Virus record (IMG/VR): IMGVR_UViG_3300036853_000446
Coordinates: 186,001 to 250,000 of that record
Direction: 5' to 3' (one strand)
DNA length: 64,000 nucleotides
A program made the translations under genes and the position numbers. Within the stretch, counting starts at the first letter, position 1, and every line of letters begins with the position of its first letter. Below the pieces are notes generated by a model. It was not told where the DNA came from and searched no databases. It saw nothing but the letters and a program-made list of their open reading frames with translations. Below, piece after piece: positions 18,839 through 29,436 of this stretch.

Positions 18839-19462
18839 ATGCTCATATCCGTTAATACGCTGCGCCCCGCCGACATCATTGTCAGTACGACGGATGCTAC
18901 AATTTCCGCCGTCATTCGTGCGGGCACGGGGTCTTCGGTCAGCCATTCGATGATTTACGTCGGAGGCTCGGCCGTTATCGAGGCCATCGAGAGAGGGGTG
19001 CTCAGACGATCGCTCACGGACGCTTTCGACGATGCCGTCCTTGCGATCGCGCTACGTCGCCGCAACCTCACCGAGAAGCAGCGTGCCGACGTCATCAAGT
19101 ACGCAACCCAGTTCATGTTTAGACCTTATGACGTTCTTGGCGCCGTGGGCTCCGGCACCAAGACGGGCAGGGGTGGTTTTCTCGCGGGGTTCGGTTGCTC
19201 GATCAGTCTGATGTTCTGCGCGGCTGGAACGGCGGAAATACGCGAAAACGCCAAGCCCGAGAACGCGGACAAATCTTTCTTCTGCTCTGAGCTGGTCGCC
19301 CGATGCTTCGAGCTGGCGGGAGCGCCCGTGGTCGATGGCTTGCCTTCGTTCACCGCGCCGCGACACCTTCGAGTCGCGAACACGCTCTATTATTTGGGCA
19401 AGCTCGTGGATACCCCCGTCCCCGAGCAGGAGGACGGGATTGCTCTCGGGTCGCCGATGTAA
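18839..19462 (+). CDS. Permuted papain-like (YiiX/YebB, NlpC/P60) amidase
   Basis: LRPADII, SHSMIY (His) before FCSELV (Cys). Confidence 0.85.
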   Translation: MLISVNTLRPADIIVSTTDATISAVIRAGTGSSVSHSMIYVGGSAVIEAIERGVLRRSLTDAFDDAVLAIALRRRNLTEKQRADVIKYATQFMFRPYDVLGAVGSGTKTGRGGFLAGFGCSISLMFCAAGTAEIRENAKPENADKSFFCSELVARCFELAGAPVVDGLPSFTAPRHLRVANTLYYLGKLVDTPVPEQEDGIALGSPM

Positions 19463-19522
19463 CCTTCCCTTCCCGACCTGCTGCGCGACGAACTTTATGC
19501 AGAGGCTCAACTCCCACCGCCG

Positions 19523-19708
19523 TCAATCCGAGCTGTCCGGTGGCCCGTCGTCCTCTATGCTCACCGAGCCCGTCAAGAATGAGTGCTCGACTGAAGCCTC
19601 GCATTTTTCGCAGACATAGGTGATCGAGGTGACCCGCGGGACGTCGAGCTTGACCTCGTGTCCACACTTCGGGCAAACGAGTTGAGCGGGCCGCAACGAG
19701 TCGCTCAC
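19523..19708 (-). CDS. Zn-ribbon protein
   Basis: CPKCG..CEKC. Confidence 0.6.
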   Translation of the reverse strand: MSDSLRPAQLVCPKCGHEVKLDVPRVTSITYVCEKCEASVEHSFLTGSVSIEDDGPPDSSD

Positions 19709-20856
19709 AGAATGGCCTCGAGCATCGCAACCTGGTCGTCCGGCAAGAGGTCCTCGCAGTAATATGCGATCATCTCGGCGAAGTTCTCTTCGGGAGTCGT
19801 TGCGGCGTACGGCGAAACGAAGACGCTGGTTTCCGGATGCTTCTGCCCAATGAAGGCACCGAGATCCATATGCGCGCCGCGGCTGGGGTCAGCCTCCCGC
19901 GCCAGCTCTACGACGGGGCTCTTTCCCTTGTAGCTCACGCCCTTGACGACGTAGGTAACACCGTTCTCCGTGATGGTTTCGCCCCCACTAGGCCATTTGC
20001 TTCGATCCTTCAGCAGGTCGAGGTCTGCCCTCTGCTTCTTATGCGCCAACTGGCTATAAAGGCCGTGGATCTCGCTATTCTTGCTCTGAAGGAACTTCTT
20101 GTGGAGGCGATGACCCAGTTCGTGCGTCACGCTCAGCACTGCCGGTCCCTGCTTGCCCTTCAGGTTGGCCCGGATGTAGAGGGTGTCGTCGCTTGGCCGG
20201 TAGAAGGCCAGCACGCGCGTCGATCTGCCCACCGAGTTGGTAACCTGGATGCTACCGTAGCAGATACGGGCGAGTCCCTTGCTATGCAGCAGCTTGACGG
20301 ATTTCTCGACAACTTTGGCGACGTCTGCCATCGCCGCAGGAGCGAAGCCGCCGGTATTGATCAGCTGGAAGGGTCCCGCCTCGAGGACCGTGTCTCCGCC
20401 CTCTTCAGAGTGTTTGCTCCCACTCGTCAAAACGCGACGGACGGTCGCCGCGAAAAGTCTATATTCATCGAGCGTCTTGATGAAGACCTCGACCGCCTTG
20501 TCCTCCTTGATGCGGTTGACCTTTGATTTGGCAAATGTCTTGGCGGCACGCTCGACAATCTTGCGATCCTTCGGAACCATCGCGTACTCGCGAAGAACGT
20601 CCAAGAACATTTCGTAAGCGCCATGCCTCCGCATGTAGTCGAACACACCTTGAATGACGGCCCCAAGTCTGAGGCGGTCGTACACGTCCTTGGGATCCCG
20701 GGCCCTCTCTTCGTGCTTCGCTAAGCCTTCGACAAAGGCTTCGAACTGACGGAGAAGCTGCAGCGTATCGCCCGCCACTTTGTGGCGGCGGTCATAGTCA
20801 TAGACGGGCTGACGACGTTCATAGCTCCAAGGCACCACGTCCAAGGCCGCTGACAA
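19705..20856 (-). CDS. Leader-bearing zincin metallopeptidase
   Basis: WSYERR..YDYDRRHKVAG leader; THELGHRLH and SPYAATTPEENFAEM. Confidence 0.8.
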   Translation of the reverse strand: MSAALDVVPWSYERRQPVYDYDRRHKVAGDTLQLLRQFEAFVEGLAKHEERARDPKDVYDRLRLGAVIQGVFDYMRRHGAYEMFLDVLREYAMVPKDRKIVERAAKTFAKSKVNRIKEDKAVEVFIKTLDEYRLFAATVRRVLTSGSKHSEEGGDTVLEAGPFQLINTGGFAPAAMADVAKVVEKSVKLLHSKGLARICYGSIQVTNSVGRSTRVLAFYRPSDDTLYIRANLKGKQGPAVLSVTHELGHRLHKKFLQSKNSEIHGLYSQLAHKKQRADLDLLKDRSKWPSGGETITENGVTYVVKGVSYKGKSPVVELAREADPSRGAHMDLGAFIGQKHPETSVFVSPYAATTPEENFAEMIAYYCEDLLPDDQVAMLEAIL

Positions 20857-21040
20857 GAGGAACCGTCAGTCGATCGTCGATGCAGCGCCCGAGATCTCCT
20901 TCGGAATCCAACGGACCGCAAATCCAAACAAACAGACCAACACCGCGTCGGCACACGAGAACAAATGAGGGACGTCTTTTCGGAGTTTAGTGTCGAGGCC
21001 CACGCGAGCGCCGCCTAGAGTCGGTGTACTTGCCAATCGC

Positions 21041-21523
21041 ATGGCATTTTCCGTTCACCCAGCCGCCCACACTTCCGATTATGTGACCTGGCGAAAGATG
21101 GTCGCGCGCTGCGGGGACCCTTACAACCGGCGTTGGTCCAGATACGGTGGCGCTGGAATCAACGTTTGCGAACGGTGGCGAACCTTCGACGTTTTTCGAC
21201 GCGACATGGGGCCTCGTCCCAATGGACATGTCTTGGCCAGGCGAGACCGGACGGGGGGTTACACGCCGGAGAACTGTTTTTGGGAACCCCGCGAAGAGTC
21301 TGCTCGCCGGTGTCGGTCGACCATGACCGTGACCTATATGGGAGAGACTTTGCTTCTCGCCGAGTGGGCTCGGCGCACGGGGCTGCGAAAGAGGACCATT
21401 CGCAGTCGGATTCTGATCTTACGTTGGTCCGTGGGTCAAGCCTTGGGGTTCGAACCCCGAACGGTCTCGTTGTGCCTCAGTCGGCGGCCGAATGAGCTTT
21501 CACCGACGGCAAGTGCCCGGTAG
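21041..21523 (+). CDS. Degenerate HNH-endonuclease-like protein
   Basis: RYGGAGINVCERW..DMGPRP..YTPENCFW; CGGTGTA 12 nt upstream. Confidence 0.8.
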   Translation: MAFSVHPAAHTSDYVTWRKMVARCGDPYNRRWSRYGGAGINVCERWRTFDVFRRDMGPRPNGHVLARRDRTGGYTPENCFWEPREESARRCRSTMTVTYMGETLLLAEWARRTGLRKRTIRSRILILRWSVGQALGFEPRTVSLCLSRRPNELSPTASAR

Positions 21524-21544
21524 CTTTACCAACCGAGGTAGGTA

Positions 21545-22120
21545 ATGACACAGAACTATATGGACGTCCTCCGGCGTTTCTTTCCGGGCTCCGCCCACAT
21601 TGATGACCTCGACCCTAACGATCCTGACGCATACGAAGCGAAAAGTCTCGAGGTCATGTTTACCACTATCGTGGCAGCCTTGACGAAACACGGGAACCGG
21701 AAGATCGCAATACTCGGTCAGCACCTTTGGGAGGTGATTAACCAGCGGCTCGTTCATGTAGCGCGTGACGCGCGTCCGCCCACGCTGAGCTTTCTCGTCG
21801 CGACCACCGGTGGGGTCGTGCAAGGGATCATCCTCGTGCCCGTGGGTTGGCTCGCGATGATCCAGGTCGACCCGGCGATGGAGGTAGGCGCGATCGTTTA
21901 TGTGGGGTCGCAGGCCGTCGACTTCTTCAATGGCCGTCTGAAGTTCGATTCGAGCGATCGTATCCGCGCTCGAGCCGCGGCTTACGAGGCAGAGTTCCTG
22001 AAGACCCTACCCCGTTCCACTCTCAACGCCTACCAGCAAGAAATCCTTGGAAAGTTTTCAAACGGCTTCGATGAGCAGTTCAGCTATGCCTACAGGAGCG
22101 TTGCCGCGAGTCGCACGTGA
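21545..22120 (+). CDS. Hypothetical protein
   Basis: 191 aa ORF with GAGGT RBS. Confidence 0.65.
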   Translation: MTQNYMDVLRRFFPGSAHIDDLDPNDPDAYEAKSLEVMFTTIVAALTKHGNRKIAILGQHLWEVINQRLVHVARDARPPTLSFLVATTGGVVQGIILVPVGWLAMIQVDPAMEVGAIVYVGSQAVDFFNGRLKFDSSDRIRARAAAYEAEFLKTLPRSTLNAYQQEILGKFSNGFDEQFSYAYRSVAASRT

Positions 22121-22129
22121 AACCCGCGC

Positions 22130-23661
22130 TCAGTCGGTCCCTTTGATCGAGCACACGGGGTAGAGACGGTTCGCGACGCGCGCGATCCCGCACTGCTCGA
22201 GCACGGATAAAACCTCGTCGAGGTCCTTGTAAACGTGGGCGCACTCGTCGAGTGGGGTCTTCTTGTAATTGCCAACGATACCCTCGACCGTGACGCCCGC
22301 GAAGGTTCTTTTGACCGTCGCCATTTCGTTGTCGATGCGGGCCTGCTTGTGCTCAAATTTGTTCTTAGCCTTGCCCCGCGCCATGAGTCGGCCCGAGCCA
22401 TGATTCACGGAGCAGCCCGCGCCGTACGCCCCGGCGAGCGGGAACAGGATCGCGGCGCCCGTGTACATCGAGCCCGGGATGAGGCAGGGGTGGCCCGTGG
22501 TTTCCCATCGGGACCCCGCGAGGTCGGGATGCCCGGCGGGGAAGGCACGTGTCGCCCCTTTCCGATGGACGAAGCCCTTCTTCGTCGTGCCGTCGGGCAG
22601 CACCAGGGTTTCCTGCTGCACGAGGTTGTGACTGATCTCGTAGTAGACCTCGCCCTGGACGTCGAAGACTTCCTCGAGCGCCTCTTGAATCCCTTGCACG
22701 ATGATGTGCCGGTTGGCGATCGCGTAGTTGGCGGCCGAGTTGTGGTACGCCCAGTATTCCTTGCCGAGGGGCTCGTCGGCGCGAAGCCACGAGTCCTCGC
22801 GGCGCTTCATCGGGAGCCCACGGAGGCGGGCACCTTCGATGAAGAAATGATCGGCGATCTGGTGACCGTAACCGCGCGACCCGCAATGCACCATGACCCA
22901 GACCTCTCCCGTGTCACGGTCGCACTGAAGCTCGACGAAATGGTTACCCCCGCCGACGGACCGAGCTGAGGCAGGGCTCGTTTGCGTGCAGTCTCGACCT
23001 TGTCGAGGTCTAGCCCGTCTTGAATGGGTATGTACTGCCGCTCGCAAACGTCCGCCTTGACGCCCAGCGGCTTGGCGCCGTAGCGCAGGATCTCGTCGAG
23101 CTGCGTGTCGTTGAAAGTCTGCATCATCTCTACGCGGTGCGAGCCGACGCCGGTTGCGATGCGCTTCTCGACCTCGCTGATCCAGCGCCCGCGGCGCTCT
23201 TTGCTCTGGACCTTCTTTGCCGAAAGTCCGGGCACCTTTAGGGACAAGATCCCGCAGTTCACGTCGTACCCTGAGCCCGCCTGAATGAGCGTGTCGTCGG
23301 TGACGATCACGCTGCCCACCGGGACGCCAAAGCCAACATGAGTGTCAGGCATCAGGTACGCGCCAGTAACTCCTTCATAGGAAGCTCCGTTTGCGATCTG
23401 CTGCCAGAGCCCTTCGTCCGACGCCGCATAGAGCGCGTCCGACAAGAATGCGTGGACCTCGGTCTTCATCGAGGCCACCTTGGGCAGGACGTAGTGATTC
23501 TCGCCGGTCTTCACCGCGGTGTATTTGAAGGACATGAGCGCGCGAGGTGTATACTCCAAAGATTCGTGGACTACCACTGTCGGCGCCCGCTCCTCCTGAG
23601 TTTGGCGCCCCACGAATCGCTCGACCGCGTGTTTCGTAATGATCGGTTGGGAATCATGCAT
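22130..23661 (-). pseudogene. rtcB: RtcB RNA ligase split by a 1-nt frameshift near 22960
   Basis: MPDTHVGFGVPVG, GYDVNCG, GGGNHF, HCGSRG, HRKGATRA, NHGSGR, DECAHVYKD spread over two frames. Confidence 0.9.
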
Positions 23662-23741
23662 CGGAGATTCGCTTACACCGGTAAATCTCCTCGAGCGTCG
23701 CGTCCGGATCAAAACCCGTGTGTGGCCCGTATTCGGCATTG

Positions 23742-24623
23742 ATGATGAAGGATTATGCAATCCAGCGCCCGGGCAAAGAACAGAAGGGGCGATCGTTCCG
23801 AGCCACCTGTGTTGCCGTTGCGACGGCCAACAGCCTTTGGGATGAGGGGGGCAAGGATGGCGCGATCCGGCCCGTCTGGGCGATGTTTGCGGGGACCGAA
23901 CAAGAGCTGCGCCCATTTGTGGCCAACCTCAAATCGGGGCGTAAAGCCGAACCCGCCGAGCAATTTTGGAGGGGCGGCGACAATGAGCGCTTCGAGTTTC
24001 TGCGCTCCGTCGGATTCGTCGCGTCCTGGCAGCGGGAAGCCGAGGGCTCCCTCGTGACGCTGTTTCATCCGGAACTCTTTCGACTCGATCCGGGGCTCAT
24101 CGAACCCTCCACTATTCGTTTCCTCCTGTTCGTTCCATCGGATTGGTCGGACGCGCAGCGGGTCGACGTCGCTAGTGCCGTTCGACACGTGCAACCGTTG
24201 GCGCCAAAGCTCGAGGAAGGTTACCTTTCCAGTCTGGTCCCGACGGCCTACCTCTTTGCTGCCTATCTCGACCGGCGCACGCGCGCGCCTCTGGTGGCCG
24301 ACGGCCGCTTCTACCTGCAGCTACTCCTGTCGGCTCTCGACCAGGGGCTCGCGTCTCTCCCGGGGAGAGACATCAAATACAACCGTTCCTCCCGTGACCA
24401 GTGGGGATTTCACAATGGTCACGGCTTCGATTTCGAGATGGGTGGCTCGAGCTGGAGTCCGCTCGGAATCGACTCCATCGGGCTCGCGCACGTGATCTCT
24501 TTCAACTCGACGCACACCGTTTTCGAACAGTTCCTCGCCGAGCAAGTGACCCAATATTTCGCCCGCGTGAAGGGCAAGACGCGGCGCGGGAAGATTGACC
24601 TTTCCGCCTTTGCCGCCGGTTGA
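23742..24623 (+). CDS. Hypothetical protein upstream of the MTase-helicase
   Basis: 293 aa ORF divergent from rtcB. Confidence 0.7.
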   Translation: MMKDYAIQRPGKEQKGRSFRATCVAVATANSLWDEGGKDGAIRPVWAMFAGTEQELRPFVANLKSGRKAEPAEQFWRGGDNERFEFLRSVGFVASWQREAEGSLVTLFHPELFRLDPGLIEPSTIRFLLFVPSDWSDAQRVDVASAVRHVQPLAPKLEEGYLSSLVPTAYLFAAYLDRRTRAPLVADGRFYLQLLLSALDQGLASLPGRDIKYNRSSRDQWGFHNGHGFDFEMGGSSWSPLGIDSIGLAHVISFNSTHTVFEQFLAEQVTQYFARVKGKTRRGKIDLSAFAAG

Positions 24624-24663
24624 TTCCGGATCAAATCCCAACTCTGACCCGTACTACTTTCAA

Positions 24664-27600
24664 ATGGCGAGACCAGAATCGATCGCGGTGGGAGGATTTT
24701 TTCCGACCCCCTCACATCTCATCCCCCTGATCGCTCGACACCTTTCGGTGGGCGATGGGGGCCGCATCTACTACGCCGACCCGTGCGCGGGCGACGGCGC
24801 TGCCATCTACGGCTTACATGAGGCGATGGGTAGTTCCGCGGAGGTCTTCTCGTGCGAGATGGAGGCCGAGCGCCATACGGGTCTCCTGGCTCGCGCCAAC
24901 CTCGACGGTTACAATGCGGCGCAGCGGACGTTGCACGGCGACGCCTTCCGGATCGAGATGTCCGCGGCCATCGGCTGCCTGCTCCTGAATCCCCCCTACG
25001 ACCTCGACTCGGTGCACGGTCGGCTCGAGCAGCGCTTTCTGGAGCGCTTCACGACCGCGCTTTGTGACGGCGGCGTGGTCGTCTTCATCGTTCCCCACTA
25101 TGCGCTCGCGGCATCGGCCAAGACTCTCGCGACCACGTTCGACAACGTCGAATGCTTCCGCTTCCCGAAAGAGGATTTCGCGGCCTTCAAGCAGGTCGTC
25201 GTGTTCGCGTCGAAAACCAAACCGCGACTGTCGCCTGACGCGCTCATCTTGGCGCGAGTCAACGGCTGGGCCAAGACTGTCGCCCGGTGCCCGATCCTGG
25301 GCTCGAAAGAAGACACGCACGAGCTTCACGGCACACACAGCACGCTGACCTGGCAGCTGCGCGAATTTGACCTGAAGGGCCTCATCAGCAAGGCTCGCCC
25401 GTGGCGCGAGTCCCGGTCCAAAGGGGTGGCCGGTGTCCTCACGGTGGTCCCCCACATCCTGCCCGAGATCCCGGTCGAAGACCTGCTGTTCCGTACCTAT
25501 CGGGTTGCAACGGCACCCCGCCCGGCGCACATCGCCGCCGGTATCGCGAGCGGCCTCTTCAACGGACGCGAAGTCTCGAGCGCGACGCCGGGCATGCCGA
25601 ACCTGCTCGTCAAGGGCGTGTTCACTCGCGAGTACGTCACGATCCAGGAGAACGTCAACAGCAAGGGCGAAATCACGGGCGTCACGCAAGTACAGCAACC
25701 CAAGCTCGAAACGACCGTGCTCGACCTTTCGACGAAACGCTACTCGCTGCTCAAACCCGCGGGTTCGGCGACGACATCCGGGATCGACGGGATGGGTATC
25801 GAGGGCCTGCTCGAGCACTACGGGCCGAGCCTCATGAACGTGATGGCGGAGCAGTGCCCGGTCACCTACGACCCGAAGCGCGACGCGACCGGGCTCAGGC
25901 TGGCTCCTGTCGGCCGCCCCCTGTTCCGGGCTCACGAGCACGCAGCCAAGGCCCTGCTGATGTTGCTCGGGGGTCAGGACCTCACCCCGAGCGAACGCAA
26001 AGGCAAGGCCGCCATTCTTCTCGGCGAGATTGGATCGGGGAAGACGGCCACGGTGCTCGCCCTCGGTCAGACGATCGCCAAATGCATCCTGGTGCTCTGC
26101 CCGCCCCACCTACTCGACTCGTGGAAGAACGAGACGAGGGTCGTGCTGCCCGGTGCGGACGTGCGGATCCTGAGTGACCTGAACGACGTCGACGCCCTGG
26201 CCCGTGACCTGGAGCTGCCGAGCGATCGGACCGTCATCGCGGTCCTCTCTCGTGAGGACGGCAAGCTCGGCCACGGCATGGCGGCCGTCGAATACCTGGG
26301 CTGTTGTCCGAAATGCGGCGCGCCCCTGCCCGAAGGAGACCTCGCCAAGAAGCGCGCTCATTGCGACGCCAAGCCCCTGACCTTGGCAGACGACCTGGCA
26401 CGGGCGGCCTTCACGCTCGCTCTCCACGTGGCCCCTCAGGCCCCAGAGGACGGCAACGTCCGGGCCCTTCTCGCCGGGCGTCACCTCGGCCGGTATCTCG
26501 TGAGCCTCGAGGGCCAAAAGAAACGCGCCAAGTGGTCGGGGTTCGATCCCCATTGGGTCCTCACGACGATCGCCACCGTCGTCCAGCGCCTGACGAGCCG
26601 CTTCGATAAGGGCCACGCCGAGTTGCTCGGCGCGCTACTGATGGCCGACTACGACCCGGAGCAGATCGCCACTCTCGCCCGCAAATTCTCCGGCAGCACG
26701 AGCTACGAGCAGCAGGGCCTCGCGCGGGCCCTCACGTGTCTTCTCCCGTTCGGTGGCGAGCTACAAAACGAAGTCCAAAAAGAAACCTACGCGAGCAACG
26801 GCGGCTTCTCTCATTACAAATTCGCGTCGGACGCCGAAACTTTGCGGGAGAAGGGTTTGAGTACGACGATTGGAACGATCGCGCTCGGGGGCGGCCAACT
26901 CCGCCTCAACGACGCCGCGCACGGGTCGGCCAAACTCGCCCTTGGCATTCTGACCCAGCTCGCGGTTCTCGGAAGCTTTCCGCGGGCTAAAGAAGAGTGC
27001 GGCGAAGCACTGTACCAAGCCACCCCGCGGCCTCGTCGGTACCCACTGGCGAAATACATCGCGCGGCGACACCCGAACCTTTTCGACCTCCTCTTGATCG
27101 ACGAGGCCCATGAAAACCAGAACGCCGATTCGGCCCAAAGTAATAGTGCGCACCGTCTGACGGGGCTTGGAATCCCATTCGTGCTCATGACGGGCTCGCT
27201 CATGAACGGCTATGCCGAGTCACTCTTCACGAACATTTGGGCGGTCTCGCCTGACTTCCGCGACGAGTTTAGGCACGACGAAAAGCAGAGATTCAACGAG
27301 CGCTACGGCTACAGCAAACGGATCCTCACGGACAAGGACCGCGAGACCAAAAAAATTGTCTCGTTCGGCACCCAATCCGACCGAGTCGAGCGCGGCGCGA
27401 AGACCGCGGGCAAAGCTCCGGGCCTCCTACCTCTCTTTCTTTTCCGCCACCTGCTCGCGTACGCCGTCACCCTACATAAGGCCGACCTCGCGCTCGATCT
27501 TCCCAAGTGCGCGCACTTTCGACACGAAATCGAGCCGAACGCGACGCAGACCAAAAACTACAAGAGCCTGTTGCGTGCACTGAAGGCGCGGATCAGCCAG

Positions 27601-28359
27601 GACCGCTACTCGACGGAAGGCCTCGCGGGAAAGCTCTTCGGGGCGCTCGCCGAGCTGCCGAGCTACCTCGACCGAGCGACGGGCGACACCGGCAATCAAG
27701 ACGACGGTTCGTACGGGATCTATTACCCGAAAAACGATGGTGGCAAGCTGGTCGCCAAAGCCGAGCCAATGAGTGCCAAGACGATCCTGCCGAAAGAGCA
27801 GTGGATGCTCGACACGGTGCGGGCCGAAATTGCCGAGGGTCGCAACGTGATGGTGTTCTGCTGGCACGTGAACCTACTGCCGCGGCTCGCGCGTCTCTTG
27901 AAAGAGGCGTTGGGAATCGAGTTCCCGGTGCTGCACGCGGACAAGGTTCCGCCCCACAAGCGCGAGGCCTGGATCAACAAGAACGTTCGCGACGTTGGCG
28001 CGCGTGGCATGATCGCCAATCCCGTCGGGATTCAGACGGGTTTGAACAACCTCGTCTATTTCGCTACCGAGATCTGGATGGAGGACCCTGCGTCCAACCC
28101 GACGATCTTCCGTCAGGCCACGGGTCGCGTCGATCGCGTGGGTCAAAAGCTCGAGACCCGCATTCACACGCCGGTCTACGCCGGAACCCTTCAGGTTCAG
28201 CTGCATGACCTGCTGCTCCGAAAGGTGGCCGTCTCGACGGCGACCGACGGGCTCGACAACGAGAGCATGCTCCTGGCGGCCGGCGCCGCGGAGGACGCGA
28301 TGCTGACCGGGCTCTCCATCGGTCGCCAGCTGTGGGACATGATGATGGACGTGAACTGA
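24664..28359 (+). CDS. DNA methyltransferase-SF2 helicase fusion (DUF6094/SNF2-like)
   Basis: DPCAGDG and NPPY; GEIGSGKT, DEAH, MTGS, QATGRVDRVGQ. Confidence 0.9.
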   Translation: MARPESIAVGGFFPTPSHLIPLIARHLSVGDGGRIYYADPCAGDGAAIYGLHEAMGSSAEVFSCEMEAERHTGLLARANLDGYNAAQRTLHGDAFRIEMSAAIGCLLLNPPYDLDSVHGRLEQRFLERFTTALCDGGVVVFIVPHYALAASAKTLATTFDNVECFRFPKEDFAAFKQVVVFASKTKPRLSPDALILARVNGWAKTVARCPILGSKEDTHELHGTHSTLTWQLREFDLKGLISKARPWRESRSKGVAGVLTVVPHILPEIPVEDLLFRTYRVATAPRPAHIAAGIASGLFNGREVSSATPGMPNLLVKGVFTREYVTIQENVNSKGEITGVTQVQQPKLETTVLDLSTKRYSLLKPAGSATTSGIDGMGIEGLLEHYGPSLMNVMAEQCPVTYDPKRDATGLRLAPVGRPLFRAHEHAAKALLMLLGGQDLTPSERKGKAAILLGEIGSGKTATVLALGQTIAKCILVLCPPHLLDSWKNETRVVLPGADVRILSDLNDVDALARDLELPSDRTVIAVLSREDGKLGHGMAAVEYLGCCPKCGAPLPEGDLAKKRAHCDAKPLTLADDLARAAFTLALHVAPQAPEDGNVRALLAGRHLGRYLVSLEGQKKRAKWSGFDPHWVLTTIATVVQRLTSRFDKGHAELLGALLMADYDPEQIATLARKFSGSTSYEQQGLARALTCLLPFGGELQNEVQKETYASNGGFSHYKFASDAETLREKGLSTTIGTIALGGGQLRLNDAAHGSAKLALGILTQLAVLGSFPRAKEECGEALYQATPRPRRYPLAKYIARRHPNLFDLLLIDEAHENQNADSAQSNSAHRLTGLGIPFVLMTGSLMNGYAESLFTNIWAVSPDFRDEFRHDEKQRFNERYGYSKRILTDKDRETKKIVSFGTQSDRVERGAKTAGKAPGLLPLFLFRHLLAYAVTLHKADLALDLPKCAHFRHEIEPNATQTKNYKSLLRALKARISQDRYSTEGLAGKLFGALAELPSYLDRATGDTGNQDDGSYGIYYPKNDGGKLVAKAEPMSAKTILPKEQWMLDTVRAEIAEGRNVMVFCWHVNLLPRLARLLKEALGIEFPVLHADKVPPHKREAWINKNVRDVGARGMIANPVGIQTGLNNLVYFATEIWMEDPASNPTIFRQATGRVDRVGQKLETRIHTPVYAGTLQVQLHDLLLRKVAVSTATDGLDNESMLLAAGAAEDAMLTGLSIGRQLWDMMMDVN

Positions 28360-28408
28360 CAGAGGGCTAGGTCTCCTCGGTGTAGAGGCTATCGAGGAGA
28401 CCCAGCCC

Positions 28409-28606
28409 ATGCGTGACATTTGGCAACTGAGCAAGATTTCGAAGAGCCACCCCCAGGACGCCAACCCCCCTCGAGAGATGACGGTCGCGGATTTCAGGGT
28501 CCCCTTCCGTCACACCCTCGCGCTGTGGTTCGCGAAATGGGAAGTTCCCATCGTGGTCACCCTCGCGGGGCTCGCGATCCTCGCGACCTTCTGGTGGCTT
28601 CCGTAG
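28409..28606 (+). CDS. Small membrane protein
   Basis: C-terminal TM helix. Confidence 0.55.
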   Translation: MRDIWQLSKISKSHPQDANPPREMTVADFRVPFRHTLALWFAKWEVPIVVTLAGLAILATFWWLP

Positions 28607-28622
28607 CGGAGACGTGAAGACG

Positions 28623-28895
28623 TCAGCACGTGACCACGATGGCCACCTTGGGCGGCCACTCTAAATCGGCGGCCGCCATGGCAGCCTCGGGCGTGCCAAA
28701 GCGTCGAGGCCAAGTAACGTTCGAGTTCCGTCGACCCTGCTTCAGACACCGATCGTGGGGCTCCGGGGACCAGGCCGTCCACATGCGGGCATTGGGGAGA
28801 CATGGGTTCGCGTAAGGCGTGCGATCGTCCCAAATGACCACCGCTCCGTCAGAGCGCTCCCATCGGCGCTCGTGAACCTTCTGCCAAGGATTCAC
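28623..28895 (-). CDS. Hypothetical protein
   Basis: Trp-rich 90 aa ORF. Confidence 0.55.
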   Translation of the reverse strand: MNPWQKVHERRWERSDGAVVIWDDRTPYANPCLPNARMWTAWSPEPHDRCLKQGRRNSNVTWPRRFGTPEAAMAAADLEWPPKVAIVVTC

Positions 28896-28899
28896 GCCG

Positions 28900-29286
28900 C
28901 TACCATGGCTGCTGGGGCGACGTCCGCTCGATCAGCGCGTCGACGCCCCCGCGCAACAGGTCAGGCCAATCCGCCCTCGGCACTCCCTCGATAGCCTTTT
29001 GCAAAACGTTCGCCACGAATGCCCGATCCATGCCCTCGTTATCGCAGGTGGCTCCGTCCGCAGTCTCCGCGAATCGAAGCGTCCCGAAGCCAGCGCTGCG
29101 CGTCTCCCACTCGAGCCAGAGAACCCGAGAATTCGTTCTCACCGTCTGAACGTCGACGATCATGAAGTCCAGGCGTACCTTCGCGATCCCCTTCAACGGC
29201 GGGGACCTTACCACCGACAGATTCGCAGTCATTGCGACCTCCCCGTGTGAAATGGCAACCCTACAAAGCCCCTGGGGCAAAAGCAA
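28900..29286 (-). CDS. Hypothetical protein
   Basis: ORF; internal ATG with GGAGG RBS is the likely start. Confidence 0.55.
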   Translation of the reverse strand: MLLPQGLCRVAISHGEVAMTANLSVVRSPPLKGIAKVRLDFMIVDVQTVRTNSRVLWLEWETRSAGFGTLRFAETADGATCDNEGMDRAFVANVLQKAIEGVPRADWPDLLRGGVDALIERTSPQQPW

Positions 29287-29436
29287 GATCCCCTGGAGTT
29301 TGGATCAACGGCAGACAAAGGAGAAGCCATGGTCTAAACCTGTGGATCTCAGTCAACATCGCGGCACCCATGCGACGCGAATACCAATGTAGGTTTTTGG
29401 AGTCTATTGACGCCATCGATCGCGATTATGTCAAAG

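Noticed and set aside
23260-23280. Intein in RtcB at the usual N/C insertion site
   Set aside because: GYDVNCG is uninterrupted; the split is a 1-nt frameshift elsewhere
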